From positions 26,982 to 90,981 of the forward strand of contig CAYGWK010000001.1 in NCBI GenBank assembly GCA_964353785.1: DNA of 64,000 nt. Direction: 5' to 3'. The notes below the pieces were generated by a model. The model was not told where the DNA came from, searched no databases, and saw only the letters and a program-made list of their open reading frames with translations. Position numbers and translations under genes: made by a program. Within the stretch, counting starts at the first letter, position 1, and each line of letters starts with the position of its first letter. Below are positions 62,922 through 64,000 of this stretch, in pieces. The stretch is from an uncultured Gammaproteobacteria bacterium. GTDB lineage: Bacteria; Patescibacteriota; Microgenomatia; CAYGWK01.

Positions 62922-64000
62922 AACCAATTGGAATTGATTTAGGGACAACTAATTCTTGCTGTGCGGTGATGGAGGGTGGAAAGCCCAAAGTCATCTTTTC
63001 CGCTGAAGGCAGGAATGTTTTTCCCTCGGTAGTTGACCCGATTAAGAATTTAGTCGGTGAGGTGGCCAAAAGGCAGATGATTGTTAATCCCAAGTCAACT
63101 ATTTTTTCAATCAAGCGGTTGATGGGCAGGAGATTCAAGGATGAATCAGTTCAATATGATGCTAAATGGCTCCCTTACAAAATCTCCGAAGGTCGGGATG
63201 GCATGGCCGTCGTTGAGGCTGATGGCAGAACTTTTACCCCCCAGGAGATATCGGCCAAAATTTTGCAAAAAATAAAAACTGATGCCGAAGCCTATTTAGG
63301 CGGAAAAGTCACCCAGGCAGTCATTACAGTTCCGGCTTATTTTGATGATTCTCAAAGACAGGCAACCAAGCAAGCAGGAGAAATTGCCGGACTCGAGGTT
63401 TTGCGAATTATTAATGAGCCAACGGCTGCCTCCTTGGCTTATGGACTGGATAAAAAACAAGCCCAGACCATTGCTGTTTATGATTTAGGCGGAGGAACTT
63501 TTGATATTTCCATTTTGGAATTAGGTGAGGGAGTTTATGAGGTTAAAGCGACTAATGGCGATACCCATTTAGGCGGAGATGATTTTGATAAAAAAATCTT
63601 AGACTTTTTAGCCGATGAATTTCAAAAAGAAAACAATGTTGATTTACGCAAAGACCCGCAATCCTTGCAACGTCTTCGAGACGCAGCCGAAAAAGCCAAA
63701 GTTGAACTCTCCTCAAGCCAGGAAACCGAAATTAATCTGCCTTTTATTACCCAAGGCTCGGCCGGACCACTCCACCTGGTCCAAAAACTAACTCGTTCCA
63801 AACTTGAACAAATTGTTGATGATTTAATTCAAAAAACGACAAAACCAGTTGAACTTTGCTTAAAGGATGCTAAAAAGACGACCAAAGATATTGATGAAGT
63901 GATTTTGGTTGGCGGAATGACGAGAATGCCCAAAGTTTATGAGACCGTGAAAAATCTTTTTGGCAAAGAACCAAACAAATCAGTTAATCCGGATGAGGTG
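62918..64000 (+). CDS. dnaK: Chaperone DnaK (Hsp70), 5' partial; continues beyond the window
   Basis: '[20 protein letters not shown]', '[12 protein letters not shown]', '[11 protein letters not shown]'; ATGA overlap with the grpE stop. Confidence 0.9.
   Translation, partial: MKPIGIDLGTTNSCCAVMEGGKPKVIFSAEGRNVFPSVVDPIKNLVGEVAKRQMIVNPKSTIFSIKRLMGRRFKDESVQYDAKWLPYKISEGRDGMAVVEADGRTFTPQEISAKILQKIKTDAEAYLGGKVTQAVITVPAYFDDSQRQATKQAGEIAGLEVLRIINEPTAASLAYGLDKKQAQTIAVYDLGGGTFDISILELGEGVYEVKATNGDTHLGGDDFDKKILDFLADEFQKENNVDLRKDPQSLQRLRDAAEKAKVELSSSQETEINLPFITQGSAGPLHLVQKLTRSKLEQIVDDLIQKTTKPVELCLKDAKKTTKDIDEVILVGGMTRMPKVYETVKNLFGKEPNKSVNPDEV

Overview
This is a 64-kb window from a low-GC (about 37-40% by eye), gene-dense bacterial genome. 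The gene content points to a Candidate Phyla Radiation / Patescibacteria-type organism (inference). Evidence for that: a DUF4012 protein, a type IV pilin plus a PilN/PilO pair, several GT39/ArnT-like membrane glycosyltransferases, two FemAB paralogs, large Cys-rich surface proteins with PT/TP linkers, a short ValRS, and many apparently leaderless genes. Housekeeping genes recognised: rnhA, rplY, valS, tsaD, metG, rpsT, murJ, tatD, rmuC, groES-groEL, hrcA-grpE-dnaK (dnaK runs off the 3' end) and one tRNA-Cys(GCA). Regulatory sequence seen directly: a perfect CIRCE element overlapping a sigma70-like promoter and the hrcA ATG, a degenerate CIRCE-like element at groES, a 25-nt extended -10 promoter module repeated three times, and intrinsic terminators. 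Accessory content falls into four groups. (1) A compositionally distinct, GC-richer island at about 13.9-17.5 kb: three or four Shine-Dalgarno-led small hydrophobic ORFs flanking a soluble VirD4/TraG-like P-loop ATPase, with a nested-hairpin terminator and a candidate divergent sRNA. (2) A cell-envelope glycan cluster: a UbiA/DPPR-synthase-like gene, a WecA-like gene, two GT39 genes and a processive GT2. (3) A long minus-strand operon rpsT-pilN-pilO plus secreted FN3, Cys-rich and TP-repeat proteins, an oxidoreductase and membrane glycosyltransferases. (4) A tandem triplication of secreted glycoside hydrolases sharing a novel ~88-aa Cys-containing C-terminal module, alongside an FN3 paralog. 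Across the whole window there are short tandem repeat tracts, mostly heptanucleotide, embedded in-frame inside ORFs including the essential tsaD. The same GTGATAC-type tract occurs in two unrelated genes. No CRISPR array, rRNA or transposase was seen. All functional calls come from motif recognition by eye; no searches were run.
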